A DNA stretch of 64,000 nucleotides from an uncultured archaeon (GTDB lineage: Archaea > Altiarchaeota > Altiarchaeia > JAFGQM01). The stretch covers positions 118,503 to 182,502 of the forward strand of contig CAZUDQ010000001.1 in NCBI GenBank assembly GCA_964619365.1, in the 5' to 3' direction. Positions within the stretch are counted from its first letter, which is position 1, and the number at the start of each line of letters is the position of its first letter. The translations under genes and the position numbers were made by a program. The notes beneath the pieces were generated by a model. It had not been told where the DNA came from, searched no databases, and saw only the letters and a list, made by a program, of their open reading frames with translations. This document shows positions 1 through 9,094 of the stretch, in pieces.

Positions 1-625
1 TACGCCCGTCACAATCATTGTCAAGTCCGTCAGTACAGTTTTCATCTAAACCAGGATTTACTCGGGTCTCATTATCGTCACAGTCCCAGTCACCTGCGCA
101 GTCCTCAGCTACAAGCCATCCTTCTTCTGCCACATAATCGATTTTAACGTTAGTCATATTACAATAGCCATCACGGTCATAATCGCGGAATATATCTATT
201 AATGGCAGACAGTCTATGTAATCATTTAAATCCGTCTTGTTGTCACAGTCATTGTCAAGTCCGTCAGTACATTTTTCCGCCACTGGAAAATTGATTGGTT
301 TGCAAGGGCCGATAAAAAGTGAGGGTGTGCAGCGCCTCTCCCCCTCTGCGCAAATTCCAAAAAGTCCTGTATCACATTCAAAAGTCTCGCCGGGCGAACA
401 TTCTCTAAGGTTTGGGTTTATATGGCAAGTAGTGTTGCAAAGCACCACATTGTCCGAACGATAGGCCTGATCAATCTGGCATTTTGAACAGTCCACATTT
501 TGTGATGAAATATTTTTTGCTTCTTCGCTCCCAGTTTGAACAAAAACAAAGACTGCTGTCACAACCGCTATTGCTACAACGATTATTAATAGGTACTCAA
601 GAGCAGTCTGAGCTTTTTGTTTCAT
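1..625 (-). CDS. Window-truncated paralog of the giant surface adhesin: class III (type IV pilin-like) signal peptide plus Cys-rich module with DGLDNDCD repeats; rest of gene lies beyond position 1
   Basis: Minus-strand ATG at 623-625 gives MKQKAQTALEYLLIIVVAIAVVTAVFVF..CSKCQ..CSPGETFECDTGLFGICAEGE..DGLDNDCDN. This is ~75% identical to the N-terminus of the 675-5567 protein. The frame stays open to the window edge. The ORF track does not list it because it is edge-truncated. Confidence 0.6.
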   Translation of the reverse strand, partial: MKQKAQTALEYLLIIVVAIAVVTAVFVFVQTGSEEAKNISSQNVDCSKCQIDQAYRSDNVVLCNTTCHINPNLRECSPGETFECDTGLFGICAEGERRCTPSLFIGPCKPINFPVAEKCTDGLDNDCDNKTDLNDYIDCLPLIDIFRDYDRDGYCNMTNVKIDYVAEEGWLVAEDCAGDWDCDDNETRVNPGLDENCTDGLDNDCDGR

Positions 626-674
626 TCTAAGATTAATTACTAGGGATAAATTAAAAAGGAGTGAATGTCGTGGA

Positions 675-3600
675 TTAGTTACATACAACTTTTAAATCAA
701 AGTCATCATCGTGATTAACATCTCCGACAAAGTCCGTGAGGAGTGGGGTGTCATCAAAGTTAACACAATCCCACGGGGCGGTGTCTCGGCCGTTTACATC
801 GGCATAACGACGGCATAGCTGGCAGTCATTTTGCATTTGAGGTGAGACACAACTGACTTTTAAGTCAAAGTCGTCGTCATAATTAACATCTCCGACAAAG
901 TCCGTGAGGAGTGGGGTGTCATCAAAGTTAACACAGGACCACGGGGCGGTGTCTCGGCCGTTTACATCGGCATAACGACGGCATAATTGGCAGTCATTTT
1001 GCATTTGAGGTGAGACGCAACTGACTTTTAAGTCAAAGTCGTCGTCACCATTAACATTACCTGCAAAATTCGTAAGGAGGCTTATATTATTAAAGTTAAC
1101 ACAGGACCACGGGGCGGTGTCTCGGCCGTTTACATCGGCATAACGACGGCATAATTGGCAGTCATAGGAAGAATCCATGCACTCCCCGTAAAGGTCTTTT
1201 ATATCATCTTCTGAAAGCTCATAGTTGTATATTTTTAATTCGTCAATTGCGCCATTAAAATATTGAGTATTGTCCCGGAAATCGTTTCCAATGACAAAAT
1301 CGTTAGGTGAGTATGAACAATCTTTACTTGCAGTCACCGTTCCATCCGAATTTCCATCAAGATAATAAGTTCCTTCTTGTCCATTCTTTACAAAGCATAC
1401 ATAATGCCAGTTCCCATCATCTAAGGCTGTGTTTGAGGTTTGTGTAAACCCAAATCCATATGCATTATCATAATCCCAAAAATTCAATCTATGGTTATAG
1501 ACTCTAAACACATACTCTGAGTTTGCGTCCCCTGGTGACCTTCCTTGTTGTACAATTACTCCATTTGATGTGGTCTTTACCCACGAACATATACCCAGCT
1601 TAGACGAGGGGACACTATTGAAAGTGTCTTTGTGTATATAATCACTCCCATCAAATTCTCTTGCATAATCACATACCCCTTCTGTTGCTGTCGTACCCTG
1701 GTTTGTAAATGTTCCGGCAAGATTATCTGGGATAACCCCTTCATTAAGGTCATCTGGATCGTTAAACGGAAGGTATGCGACTAGATTGTCTGAAGCGCCG
1801 TACCTGCACTCCTCATAAAGCTCGTCTATCTCAGATTCTGAAAGCTCATAATCATATACTCTTACTTCATCAATCATGCCTTCAAAAAAGGTCCTGTCTT
1901 CTGTTATAGACTCAAAGAGATTCCAGTATAACTCTGCACCTATCGAATTCAGTTTTCCAGTTATGTCCCCATTGATATTCCCTGTATTCGTGTCTTCTAA
2001 ACTGCCGTCAATAAACAATTTAACAACGCTATTTTTCAAATCAACAATCCCCACAATATGATGCCAAAGACCGTCATTAATGTCAAATGATGAAGAAGCG
2101 CCGAATTCCTGAGCAAGTTCATTATCATCCCCCCTTACAAGTATGCCTATTTTGTTTGGAGGAGTACTTGCCCCACTGCCATCAAATCCTATTCCGATAT
2201 CCAGTACAGTCCTGCCATTATCGCCATCTCTAAAAGAAATCAAAGTGCCGTCTGACTCCCCACTATCGGCTTTCATCCATAATGAGATAGACGCCGCCCC
2301 TTCTTTTGAAAAAGTGAATTCGTTTTCTAGTTCAATGTAATTGTCAACTCCGTTAAACTCGCGCCCATAACTGCATGTCCCGTATGCTGAACTTGACCAG
2401 TGATTTGAAACAGCTCCTGCAAGAGCACTTGGTATGACTCCGGTGCGCACATTATCAGGATTATTAAATGGAAGGTAGATAACTGTATTCTTTGAAGCGC
2501 TGTCTTTACATTCATCATAAAGCTCATCTATTTCAGATGTAGTTAACGCCTTATTCCAAAATCTCATTTCATCAATCACGCCATTAAAAAACTCTGCAAG
2601 ATTGCCACTCGCGTGGTGTGGATCCCTTCCGATAAATAGATTAGATTCAGAATTGATATTTCCAACCGAAGCAAAAGACGCTGTCTCAATAGCATCTAAG
2701 TATGCATTGGCTACCTCATTTTCCCTAACAAAACATAGATGATACCATCTATTTGTGTTTATTTCAACATCAGCGTCCGTGCGAGGTATAATATCATTCA
2801 TATCATTGCCCGCTAGGAATGTTAGAACTCCATTATATATTTGTGCTTCGAAGTTTCCTGCATTCTCATCCCGCTTACTGAGGAGTTGGGCCACCTGGTC
2901 TGTTGTTGATGCCATCTGGTTAAACCAGAAACAATAGCTAAAGTTGCCCGTACCAAAATCGAACTCATCGGTATTTGATATTTCAATATAATCACTACCC
3001 CCATCAAACGCTCGTGCGTAGCTACACGTTCCGTCTGTTGAGATTGTGCCGTAGTCTGTAATATCTCCCTCAAAATCACTTGGAACGGAATCTCCCTTGA
3101 TATCGTCGGGGTCGTTAAATGGTAAATAAAGAACCTGATTCTTTGATAAACTGTCTTTACATTCATAATAAAGTTCGTCTATTTCAGTTTCTGAAAGCAC
3201 ACGATTGTAAACCCGCAGTTCATCAAGTGCCCCAGTGAAATAATATTCACCCATTCGGCGACCAATTTCCAGTGAATTGCCTATTGCACCTGCCCGTGGG
3301 GCTGAAAATGCAAACTCGTTGTCAACATAGATAAAAGCATCTGAGCCGTCATACCCATAAACAACATGATGCCATGTGTTAGCTGAATATGTATCTGGAG
3401 TGTCAATCCAATTGCTTTGTGCGGTTTGCAATCGATATGCGCCGGTGGAAAGGACTTGTAAGTCCATGGCGTAGTTATTCTCAAAAGTTACAAATGAGGC
3501 TACTGCAGGCAACGCTTCGGTTTTCACCCAGACAGAAGCTGTCCAGACAGAAGGCTGGCTAAATGATTTACTTAGGTAACTGCTACCGTCAAACTCTCTT

Positions 3601-5567
3601 GCGTAGCTACACATCCCATCTGTTGATGTAGTACCATGGTCCGTTACTCCCTCGCCCGGGTTTGACGGGTCGTCAAACGGCAAATAAAGGACTAATCCAT
3701 CTTCTAAAGTCAACGGCTGCACTGGCGCGCCACATATACCTATTTTATATATATAAGGGCCTCCTGCAGGGTCATTTATCGATAGTCCCCCACCGATTGC
3801 ATTAACACTACCGCGGCATTGCAAGCGCGAGAATGAGGTCATACTAAGTATCGGGATATCATATTGCATGTTATATGGGTTAACATAAGACTCTTTCACA
3901 CCGTCAATGTATATGGCTCCCCTATACGCAGCTGGGCAACCACCATGTGCGCCTATGCGGTCTTTATCATGATGAGCTATTGTCAATTTGCCATCATTCA
4001 TCAGGATAGAATCATGTCCGTCAACACACGCCTCAAAGACAAAACATTCATCATCACCAACTGGAGTCACTGGCGTACATGAGTCTCCCTGCCAGAGTAG
4101 CCTTGGGTACTCCTGCTCGTTGCACGATGCGTCCCATGGCGGGAAAGACCAGCTGTTGATTGGGTAATACGCGTAGTTCTTAAACACACTTGTCGTTGTC
4201 ATCTTGTGGCATCCCTCGTTCCCCCCATTATAGCAGTCATTTGGGGCATTTGTGTCAATATCCAACCAGTATGAATCCGCAATTGTCGTTCCAGCGTCTT
4301 TATTATAAGCTATACCTCCGGCCTTGAATGTACAAATAGTCGAACTGAACCTATTTTGGAATGTGGGTATTGCAAATGAACCCCGTATGCTCGAACCGCT
4401 CGCATCATATATCAGACCACCTACCCTGCATCCTTCTACAGTCCCTGTCACATAAGAGTTAATTACTGAGGAAGACTCATCTTCATAGATAAGGCCACCT
4501 GAATTCCAGCCAGTAACCTCCCCTGAGAAGTATGAGTTGGATATCGTTGAGCTGTAAGACTTATCGATAAATCCACCTGCATTGCTTGGACCGGTCACTG
4601 TCCCTGAAAAGTATGAGTCAGAAATCTGTGAGCTATGAGCCTCACCGATAATACCTCCAGTCTCTTCACCACTGACTGTTCCAGAATATGAGGATTCATA
4701 TATTGTAGAGCTGCTGTCATAACCAAAGAAGCCACCTATTATCGTTGCACTTGCAGAACTGCTTGTAGACCCAGAAATCAAAACAGACGTTATGCTCGCG
4801 CCATTTGCGTTTCCGGCAAGGGCGCCGACGTATTCTTCTCCCTTAACTGATACGCTTTCTAAGAGAATATCTTTTACCTCGCCCTCCAAGAAAGCAAAGA
4901 GTCCGGCATTGTTGCCTGCTATATCCACATTCAAGTTAGTTATAGAATTTCCATCCCCATCAAGAACTCCCTGGAACGGGTCAGCTTCTGTGCATAACGG
5001 CTGCCATGAAATTCCTGTAAGGTCAATGTCCTGTATTATTAAATATGAGAAATTGGAAACTTCACAAATTGCTTGCAAATCTGTTGGCGTTTCTACTAAA
5101 CAGGGTTCTGCGTACGTTCCATGACCATCCATTCCTGCCGGGCAGGCTGTTGCACAATCATCGTCATCATAGTCTGTTAAATTGTCGCAATCGTTGTCAA
5201 GGCCGTCATCACATATCTCTACTACCGGAAAATTGATTGGTTCGCATGGGCCAACAAAAAGAGAGGTTGTGCATTTCTCTTCGCCTTGTGCACAAATTCC
5301 AAAAAGTCCAGTGTCACACTCAAAAGTTTCGCCAGGCGAACATTCCCTGCGGCTTGAATCTATGTGACAAGTCGTGTTGCATAGTCCCAAGTTTTCTGTC
5401 CGGTAAGCCTTATCAACTTGGCATTTTGAACAGTCTATATTCTCAGATGAGATGTTTTTTGCTTCTTCGCTTGAACTTTGGATGAATACAAAGACTGCTG
5501 TTATGACCCCGAGGACAACGACAATTATGAGCAGGTACTCCAGTGATGTTTGAGCTTTATCTTTCAT
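675..5567 (-). CDS. Giant (1630 aa) secreted/surface adhesin-like protein: class III pilin-type signal peptide, Cys-rich module, GLUG-like repeats, beta-helix-like region, 4x LamG-like (concanavalin-type lectin) domains, 3x dockerin-like Ca-binding repeats
   Basis: The N-terminus MKDKA|QTSLEYLLIIVVVLGVITAVFVF has the charged-K/A-Q-hydrophobic pattern of archaeal prepilin (class III) signals. There is a DGLDNDCDNLTDYDDDDC metal-binding-type Cys motif. Repeated G[GL]xIG...NSY[FV][ST]G segments occur at aa ~245-400. Four ~215-aa repeats each start L(V)YLPF(N/D)DP and end EIDELYxEC. The C-terminus is three 56-aa repeats, CQLCRRYADVNGRDTAPW..DVNYDDDFDLK. Confidence 0.8.
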   Translation of the reverse strand: MKDKAQTSLEYLLIIVVVLGVITAVFVFIQSSSEEAKNISSENIDCSKCQVDKAYRTENLGLCNTTCHIDSSRRECSPGETFECDTGLFGICAQGEEKCTTSLFVGPCEPINFPVVEICDDGLDNDCDNLTDYDDDDCATACPAGMDGHGTYAEPCLVETPTDLQAICEVSNFSYLIIQDIDLTGISWQPLCTEADPFQGVLDGDGNSITNLNVDIAGNNAGLFAFLEGEVKDILLESVSVKGEEYVGALAGNANGASITSVLISGSTSSSASATIIGGFFGYDSSSTIYESSYSGTVSGEETGGIIGEAHSSQISDSYFSGTVTGPSNAGGFIDKSYSSTISNSYFSGEVTGWNSGGLIYEDESSSVINSYVTGTVEGCRVGGLIYDASGSSIRGSFAIPTFQNRFSSTICTFKAGGIAYNKDAGTTIADSYWLDIDTNAPNDCYNGGNEGCHKMTTTSVFKNYAYYPINSWSFPPWDASCNEQEYPRLLWQGDSCTPVTPVGDDECFVFEACVDGHDSILMNDGKLTIAHHDKDRIGAHGGCPAAYRGAIYIDGVKESYVNPYNMQYDIPILSMTSFSRLQCRGSVNAIGGGLSINDPAGGPYIYKIGICGAPVQPLTLEDGLVLYLPFDDPSNPGEGVTDHGTTSTDGMCSYAREFDGSSYLSKSFSQPSVWTASVWVKTEALPAVASFVTFENNYAMDLQVLSTGAYRLQTAQSNWIDTPDTYSANTWHHVVYGYDGSDAFIYVDNEFAFSAPRAGAIGNSLEIGRRMGEYYFTGALDELRVYNRVLSETEIDELYYECKDSLSKNQVLYLPFNDPDDIKGDSVPSDFEGDITDYGTISTDGTCSYARAFDGGSDYIEISNTDEFDFGTGNFSYCFWFNQMASTTDQVAQLLSKRDENAGNFEAQIYNGVLTFLAGNDMNDIIPRTDADVEINTNRWYHLCFVRENEVANAYLDAIETASFASVGNINSESNLFIGRDPHHASGNLAEFFNGVIDEMRFWNKALTTSEIDELYDECKDSASKNTVIYLPFNNPDNVRTGVIPSALAGAVSNHWSSSAYGTCSYGREFNGVDNYIELENEFTFSKEGAASISLWMKADSGESDGTLISFRDGDNGRTVLDIGIGFDGSGASTPPNKIGILVRGDDNELAQEFGASSSFDINDGLWHHIVGIVDLKNSVVKLFIDGSLEDTNTGNINGDITGKLNSIGAELYWNLFESITEDRTFFEGMIDEVRVYDYELSESEIDELYEECRYGASDNLVAYLPFNDPDDLNEGVIPDNLAGTFTNQGTTATEGVCDYAREFDGSDYIHKDTFNSVPSSKLGICSWVKTTSNGVIVQQGRSPGDANSEYVFRVYNHRLNFWDYDNAYGFGFTQTSNTALDDGNWHYVCFVKNGQEGTYYLDGNSDGTVTASKDCSYSPNDFVIGNDFRDNTQYFNGAIDELKIYNYELSEDDIKDLYGECMDSSYDCQLCRRYADVNGRDTAPWSCVNFNNISLLTNFAGNVNGDDDFDLKVSCVSPQMQNDCQLCRRYADVNGRDTAPWSCVNFDDTPLLTDFVGDVNYDDDFDLKVSCVSPQMQNDCQLCRRYADVNGRDTAPWDCVNFDDTPLLTDFVGDVNHDDDFDLKVVCN
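678..1160. repeat. Three near-identical 168-bp tandem repeats (encode the 56-aa dockerin-like repeats of the giant adhesin C-terminus)
   Basis: Direct reading shows units such as acgacggcataattggcagtcattttgcatttgaggtgagac...gacttttaagtcaaagtcgtcgtca...acggggcggtgtctcggccgtttacatcggcata recurring at a 168-bp period with a few substitutions. Confidence 0.85.
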
Positions 5568-5586
5568 TTATTTTTCGTTATGGCAT

Positions 5587-5904
5587 TTAGGGCATAGGAA
5601 CTTCCCAATTACCGCTATCTCCGTCGCAATTTAGGATTATTTCTTCTCCTGAATGGATTATTGTCTTTGTGTCGCCACTCTCACAAATTCCAGCATCGTT
5701 TGGGTCAAGGTCGCATTCGTATAACTCACCTGGCGTACATTTTTCCGGGCTTGTCTGGCAGGATATGCACGATTTTGAGCTTATTGCCTGCTGAGATATT
5801 TGCTTTGTTGAGCCCTGCTGGAAAGTGAGAATTGCAATAACGACAATTAGCGCGATTACAGAAACTAGCATATATTCTAGTGCAGTCTGACCTTTTTGGT
5901 TCAT
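5587..5904 (-). CDS. Small pilin-like protein (105 aa) with class III signal peptide and the same Cys-rich module as the giant adhesins
   Basis: MNQKG|QTALEYMLVSVIALIVVIAILTF is a prepilin-type signal. CISCQ...CTPGELYECD...GICESGD parallels CSKCQ...CSPGETFECDTGLFGICAQGE in the 1630-aa protein. Confidence 0.65.
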   Translation of the reverse strand: MNQKGQTALEYMLVSVIALIVVIAILTFQQGSTKQISQQAISSKSCISCQTSPEKCTPGELYECDLDPNDAGICESGDTKTIIHSGEEIILNCDGDSGNWEVPMP

Positions 5905-5942
5905 AATTTAATGATTAATTAATACCCTAATGTTAAAAAGAT
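5905..5942. promoter_or_regulatory. AT-rich divergent promoter region between the pilin-like gene (-) and thpR (+), with TATA-like ttaattaata
   Basis: 38-bp spacer, aatttaatgattaattaataccctaatgttaaaaag. Archaeal TATA boxes are A/T octamers ~25 nt upstream of the transcription start. Confidence 0.3.
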
Positions 5943-6473
5943 ATGAGGCTTTTTGTAGCAATTAGTATTCCGGATGAGATAAGAAAGAGACTTTGCACGA
6001 TTGAACTACCCCGTTCTGGCAGTATAAAGCCTGTTTCAGAGGAAAATCTGCATCTGACTCTTAAATTCCTTGGTGAATACGACGCATCTACAGTAAAGAA
6101 ACAAATATCGGATGTCCGAGGGGTGGCACCATTTAAGGTGAAAATAGAGGGTCTGGGGCTTTTTCCGAATATTTCACGGGCAAGGGTGCTTTGGGCAGGA
6201 ATCTCAGACGGGGAGACCGAAATAATGGGTTTGCACGACAAAATCGAAGAAACCCTCCGCGATTTTCCGGGGGATGATAAATTCTCGTCACATGCGACAA
6301 TTGCAAGGATGAAATGCCCTCCTGAAAAAGAGCTTCTTGATGACTTGTTGGGGCGTTATGAGAAAACTATTTTTGGCGAGTTTGAAGTATCTTCCTTTGA
6401 ACTCATGGCAAGCGAGCTTTCCGCTTCAGGTCCAAAATACTCGGTTGTAAAGTCTTATGATTTAATAAAATAG
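5943..6473 (+). CDS. thpR: RNA 2',3'-cyclic phosphodiesterase / 2'-5' RNA ligase family (2H phosphoesterase)
   Basis: Two H-x-T-x motifs (HLTLKF and HATIAR) about 80 aa apart, ~176 aa, typical LigT/ThpR layout. Confidence 0.65.
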   Translation: MRLFVAISIPDEIRKRLCTIELPRSGSIKPVSEENLHLTLKFLGEYDASTVKKQISDVRGVAPFKVKIEGLGLFPNISRARVLWAGISDGETEIMGLHDKIEETLRDFPGDDKFSSHATIARMKCPPEKELLDDLLGRYEKTIFGEFEVSSFELMASELSASGPKYSVVKSYDLIK

Positions 6474-6499
6474 CCCGGCAAAGTCTTGCGGTTAATAAA

Positions 6500-7597
6500 A
6501 TGTTTGGGGGACTAAAAAAGCTCTTTAAGAAGGCTGAGGATGAAGCCTTAGAAAAAGTAGAAGAGAAGATAGAGGAACTTCCAGAGGAAGAAATTGTTGA
6601 GGAAGAGTTAGAAGTAGAAACTCCCCTTCCTGAAAAAGAGCCTGAAGACCTCGCCTTGCGAAAAAGTATTGATGCGACAGAGGAATTCACGCGTGATGCC
6701 GATTCGCGCGTTGAAAAGAAAGTCAAAATCGGATTTAGGTCCAAACTCAAAACAAGCCTTGGCGCAAGCGCAAAGCTCTCAGAGTCAGAAATTGAAGATA
6801 TCACGTGGAACCTTCAGATGGGACTTCTTTCAAGCGACGTTGCATTGGAAGTCGCTGAGGTGATAACAGAAAGGCTAAAAGAAAGGCTTGGAAGCGAGTC
6901 TTTCAAAGATCCAAAAGGTCAGATTAGGCAGATATTTAAGGAGACTCTTGTTGAGATACTTGAATCTGGGGGCAAACTTGACTTTATGGATTTTATCAAA
7001 TCACAGGATAAGCCTGTAAAGATAGTATTTTTCGGAATAAACGGTTCTGGAAAGACGACAACTATTTCAAAAATCATAAAGATGCTTCAGGATTCGGGAA
7101 TGAGTGTTGTTGTTGCGGCAGGCGATACTTTCCGAGCCGGCGCGCAAGAGCAGCTTGGCGAGCACGCAAAAAGGCATGATGTAAAAATGATTCACCATCA
7201 GCGCGGGGGCGACGCCGCGGCCGTTGTCTTTGATGCAATAGAGCACGCAAAAGCCCAGGGAATTGACGTGATGCTTGCCGACACGTCAGGTAGAATGCAA
7301 TCAGATTCAGACCTTATGGGGGAAATGGAAAAGATAGTAAGAGTCAACCAGCCAGACTTAAAAGTGTTTGTGGGTGATGCCCTTTGTGGAAATGATGCTG
7401 TTGACCAAGGTCGTGAATTTTCAGATAAGATTGGAATTGATGCCTGCATACTCACAAAGTGTGATGCTTCTAGGGGTGGAGCTGCGCTGTCTGTAAGCTA
7501 TATAACAAAAAAACCCATAATATTTCTGGGAATGGGGCAGGGTTATGACGACCTTGAGATTTTTGATGCAAAATCCTTTGTTGACAGAGTAATCTAG
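6500..7597 (+). CDS. ftsY: Signal recognition particle receptor FtsY
   Basis: Acidic E-rich N-terminal region followed by the SRP-GTPase NG domain with FFGINGSGKTTTISK (G1), DTFRAGA, DTSGR and TKCD motifs. Confidence 0.9.
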   Translation: MFGGLKKLFKKAEDEALEKVEEKIEELPEEEIVEEELEVETPLPEKEPEDLALRKSIDATEEFTRDADSRVEKKVKIGFRSKLKTSLGASAKLSESEIEDITWNLQMGLLSSDVALEVAEVITERLKERLGSESFKDPKGQIRQIFKETLVEILESGGKLDFMDFIKSQDKPVKIVFFGINGSGKTTTISKIIKMLQDSGMSVVVAAGDTFRAGAQEQLGEHAKRHDVKMIHHQRGGDAAAVVFDAIEHAKAQGIDVMLADTSGRMQSDSDLMGEMEKIVRVNQPDLKVFVGDALCGNDAVDQGREFSDKIGIDACILTKCDASRGGAALSVSYITKKPIIFLGMGQGYDDLEIFDAKSFVDRVI

Positions 7598-7663
7598 AAT
7601 TTTGCCGGTTTTAAGGGCAAAAACAAGAGACCTTTTTATATTACACTACTCAAATTACCCGCA

Positions 7664-7834
7664 ATGACTGAAGCTCCAGAACAAAGGAAGCCAAGAAAGA
7701 CGCACGGGCACAAAGTCTGTGCACGCTGTGGCGAGAAGAGTTATCATGTCGGCAAGAAGAAATGCGCTTCTTGCGGATACGGACAAACTTCACGGAGGAA
7801 TGACACCTCCCCAAGATGCAAGCGAAAGAGCTAG
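7664..7834 (+). CDS. rpl37e: 50S ribosomal protein L37e (56 aa, C4 zinc ribbon); below the ORF-track size cutoff
   Basis: Translation MTEAPEQRKPRKTHGHKVCARCGEKSYHVGKKKCASCGYGQTSRRNDTSPRCKRKS. The KTH..C-RCG-SYH..K..C..CGY pattern is the L37e signature. Confidence 0.7.
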   Translation: MTEAPEQRKPRKTHGHKVCARCGEKSYHVGKKKCASCGYGQTSRRNDTSPRCKRKS

Positions 7835-7919
7835 GCTTTTACTTCTAAGTTCTTACAAGGAGAAATTCTCCAGGCACCCGCTTATAAGTATAAGTAGCAA
7901 TAGCTGTATAATTTAAGAT

Positions 7920-8555
7920 ATGGAAAGAGCGCCCGTACCCATGCCAAAAGTCAGTCCGCAAAGGCCGCAGACCCTCCGAAGACCCAGCCCTTGGAAATAT
8001 CCACAGGAAGAACCCACGATATCCTTTAGCTATGTTGAAATAGCATCTGTTCTTATCTCAATACTAACTGTAATATTCGCTTTTTCAGTATTTGGAATAA
8101 GCGACTCTGGCCTAATCCTTGGAGTTGCCCTTGGTTTTGCTGTGCATGAAATTGCCCACAAGCTTGTTGCCCAAAAGATGGGCTTTAAGTCTACATATAA
8201 AATCTGGCTGATTGGTCTTGTCCTTGTTCTTGCTATGGCACTGATAACAAAGGGGAAATTCATATTTGCGGCGCCGGGTTATGTTGTTACTTACGGTCCA
8301 GCCACAGTCGCTGACATCGGCAAGATATCTCTTGCGGCACCTCTTGCAAACCTTGCCCTTGCAGGAGTGTTTATATTGCTTGGAGGTTCCTTTTGGCTTG
8401 CGGGGGCCTATATCAACATACTTCTTGCAGTATTCAATTTGCTCCCTATTCCCCCACTTGACGGAAAGAAAGTAATAGACTGGAGTAAAGGTGCCTGGGG
8501 CGCGTCGTTCTTATGCTCGGTTCTAGCGGGCCTTTATCTTTTCTCGCTTGTTTAA
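7920..8555 (+). CDS. Site-2 protease family (M50) intramembrane zinc metalloprotease
   Basis: Polytopic membrane protein with HEIAH (HExxH) in a TM helix and a downstream LLPIPPLDG (LDG) motif. The Pro/Arg-rich N-terminal ~35 aa may be upstream of the true start. Confidence 0.6.
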   Translation: MERAPVPMPKVSPQRPQTLRRPSPWKYPQEEPTISFSYVEIASVLISILTVIFAFSVFGISDSGLILGVALGFAVHEIAHKLVAQKMGFKSTYKIWLIGLVLVLAMALITKGKFIFAAPGYVVTYGPATVADIGKISLAAPLANLALAGVFILLGGSFWLAGAYINILLAVFNLLPIPPLDGKKVIDWSKGAWGASFLCSVLAGLYLFSLV

Positions 8556-9094
8556 GCCATAAGACCCGAAAAGAACTTGTTTAGTTCACGTACTCTTTTT
8601 GCAGGCTCGCTTCTTTTTCCGTGTTTTTTCTCAAAATCTACCTGAGCCCAAGACGCATCCATCAAAGTATCATCATCGACAAGATTGTCTGAATAAGCTA
8701 TTATTTTCTCTTCTATTGTTTTTGGAACATATCGCCCCGGAGGAAGTCCCATTTTTTCAGCTTCTTGTTCTGATATTCCTGCGCCAAGATGCCTTTCGCA
8801 TATTCTTGCTATCTTCTCAAAATTAACGTCATCTGGACCTCCATTTTTCATTGAGCGCATTATTTCGGCACCCACGATACCGTGGTCTATGCCATGGGAC
8901 TTAGCTCTTCCAATATCATGGAGGAGCGCGCCAGCTTTAACTAGTGTCAGATTGATTTTGAGGCTGGGATTTGTCTTCTTTATCTTTGAGACGGTCTTTA
9001 GACAGGATTTCAAAACTGCCTCCGAATGTGCCATGACTTCTGGGCAGGCTCCTTGCTCCAAAAGAAGTTTTCTGCCTGATTTTTCATCAAGCAT
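8552..9094 (-). CDS. HD-domain metal-dependent phosphohydrolase
   Basis: H...HDIGR...D motif set ([16 protein letters not shown]) in a ~180 aa protein. Confidence 0.55.
   Translation of the reverse strand: MLDEKSGRKLLLEQGACPEVMAHSEAVLKSCLKTVSKIKKTNPSLKINLTLVKAGALLHDIGRAKSHGIDHGIVGAEIMRSMKNGGPDDVNFEKIARICERHLGAGISEQEAEKMGLPPGRYVPKTIEEKIIAYSDNLVDDDTLMDASWAQVDFEKKHGKRSEPAKRVRELNKFFSGLMA

Noticed and set aside
237-464. Plus-strand ORFs 237-464 and 5182-5367 (75 and 61 aa, similar to each other)
   Set aside because: They lie antisense inside the two paralogous adhesin N-termini. Their similarity simply mirrors the duplicated coding sequence on the minus strand. No start context or motif.
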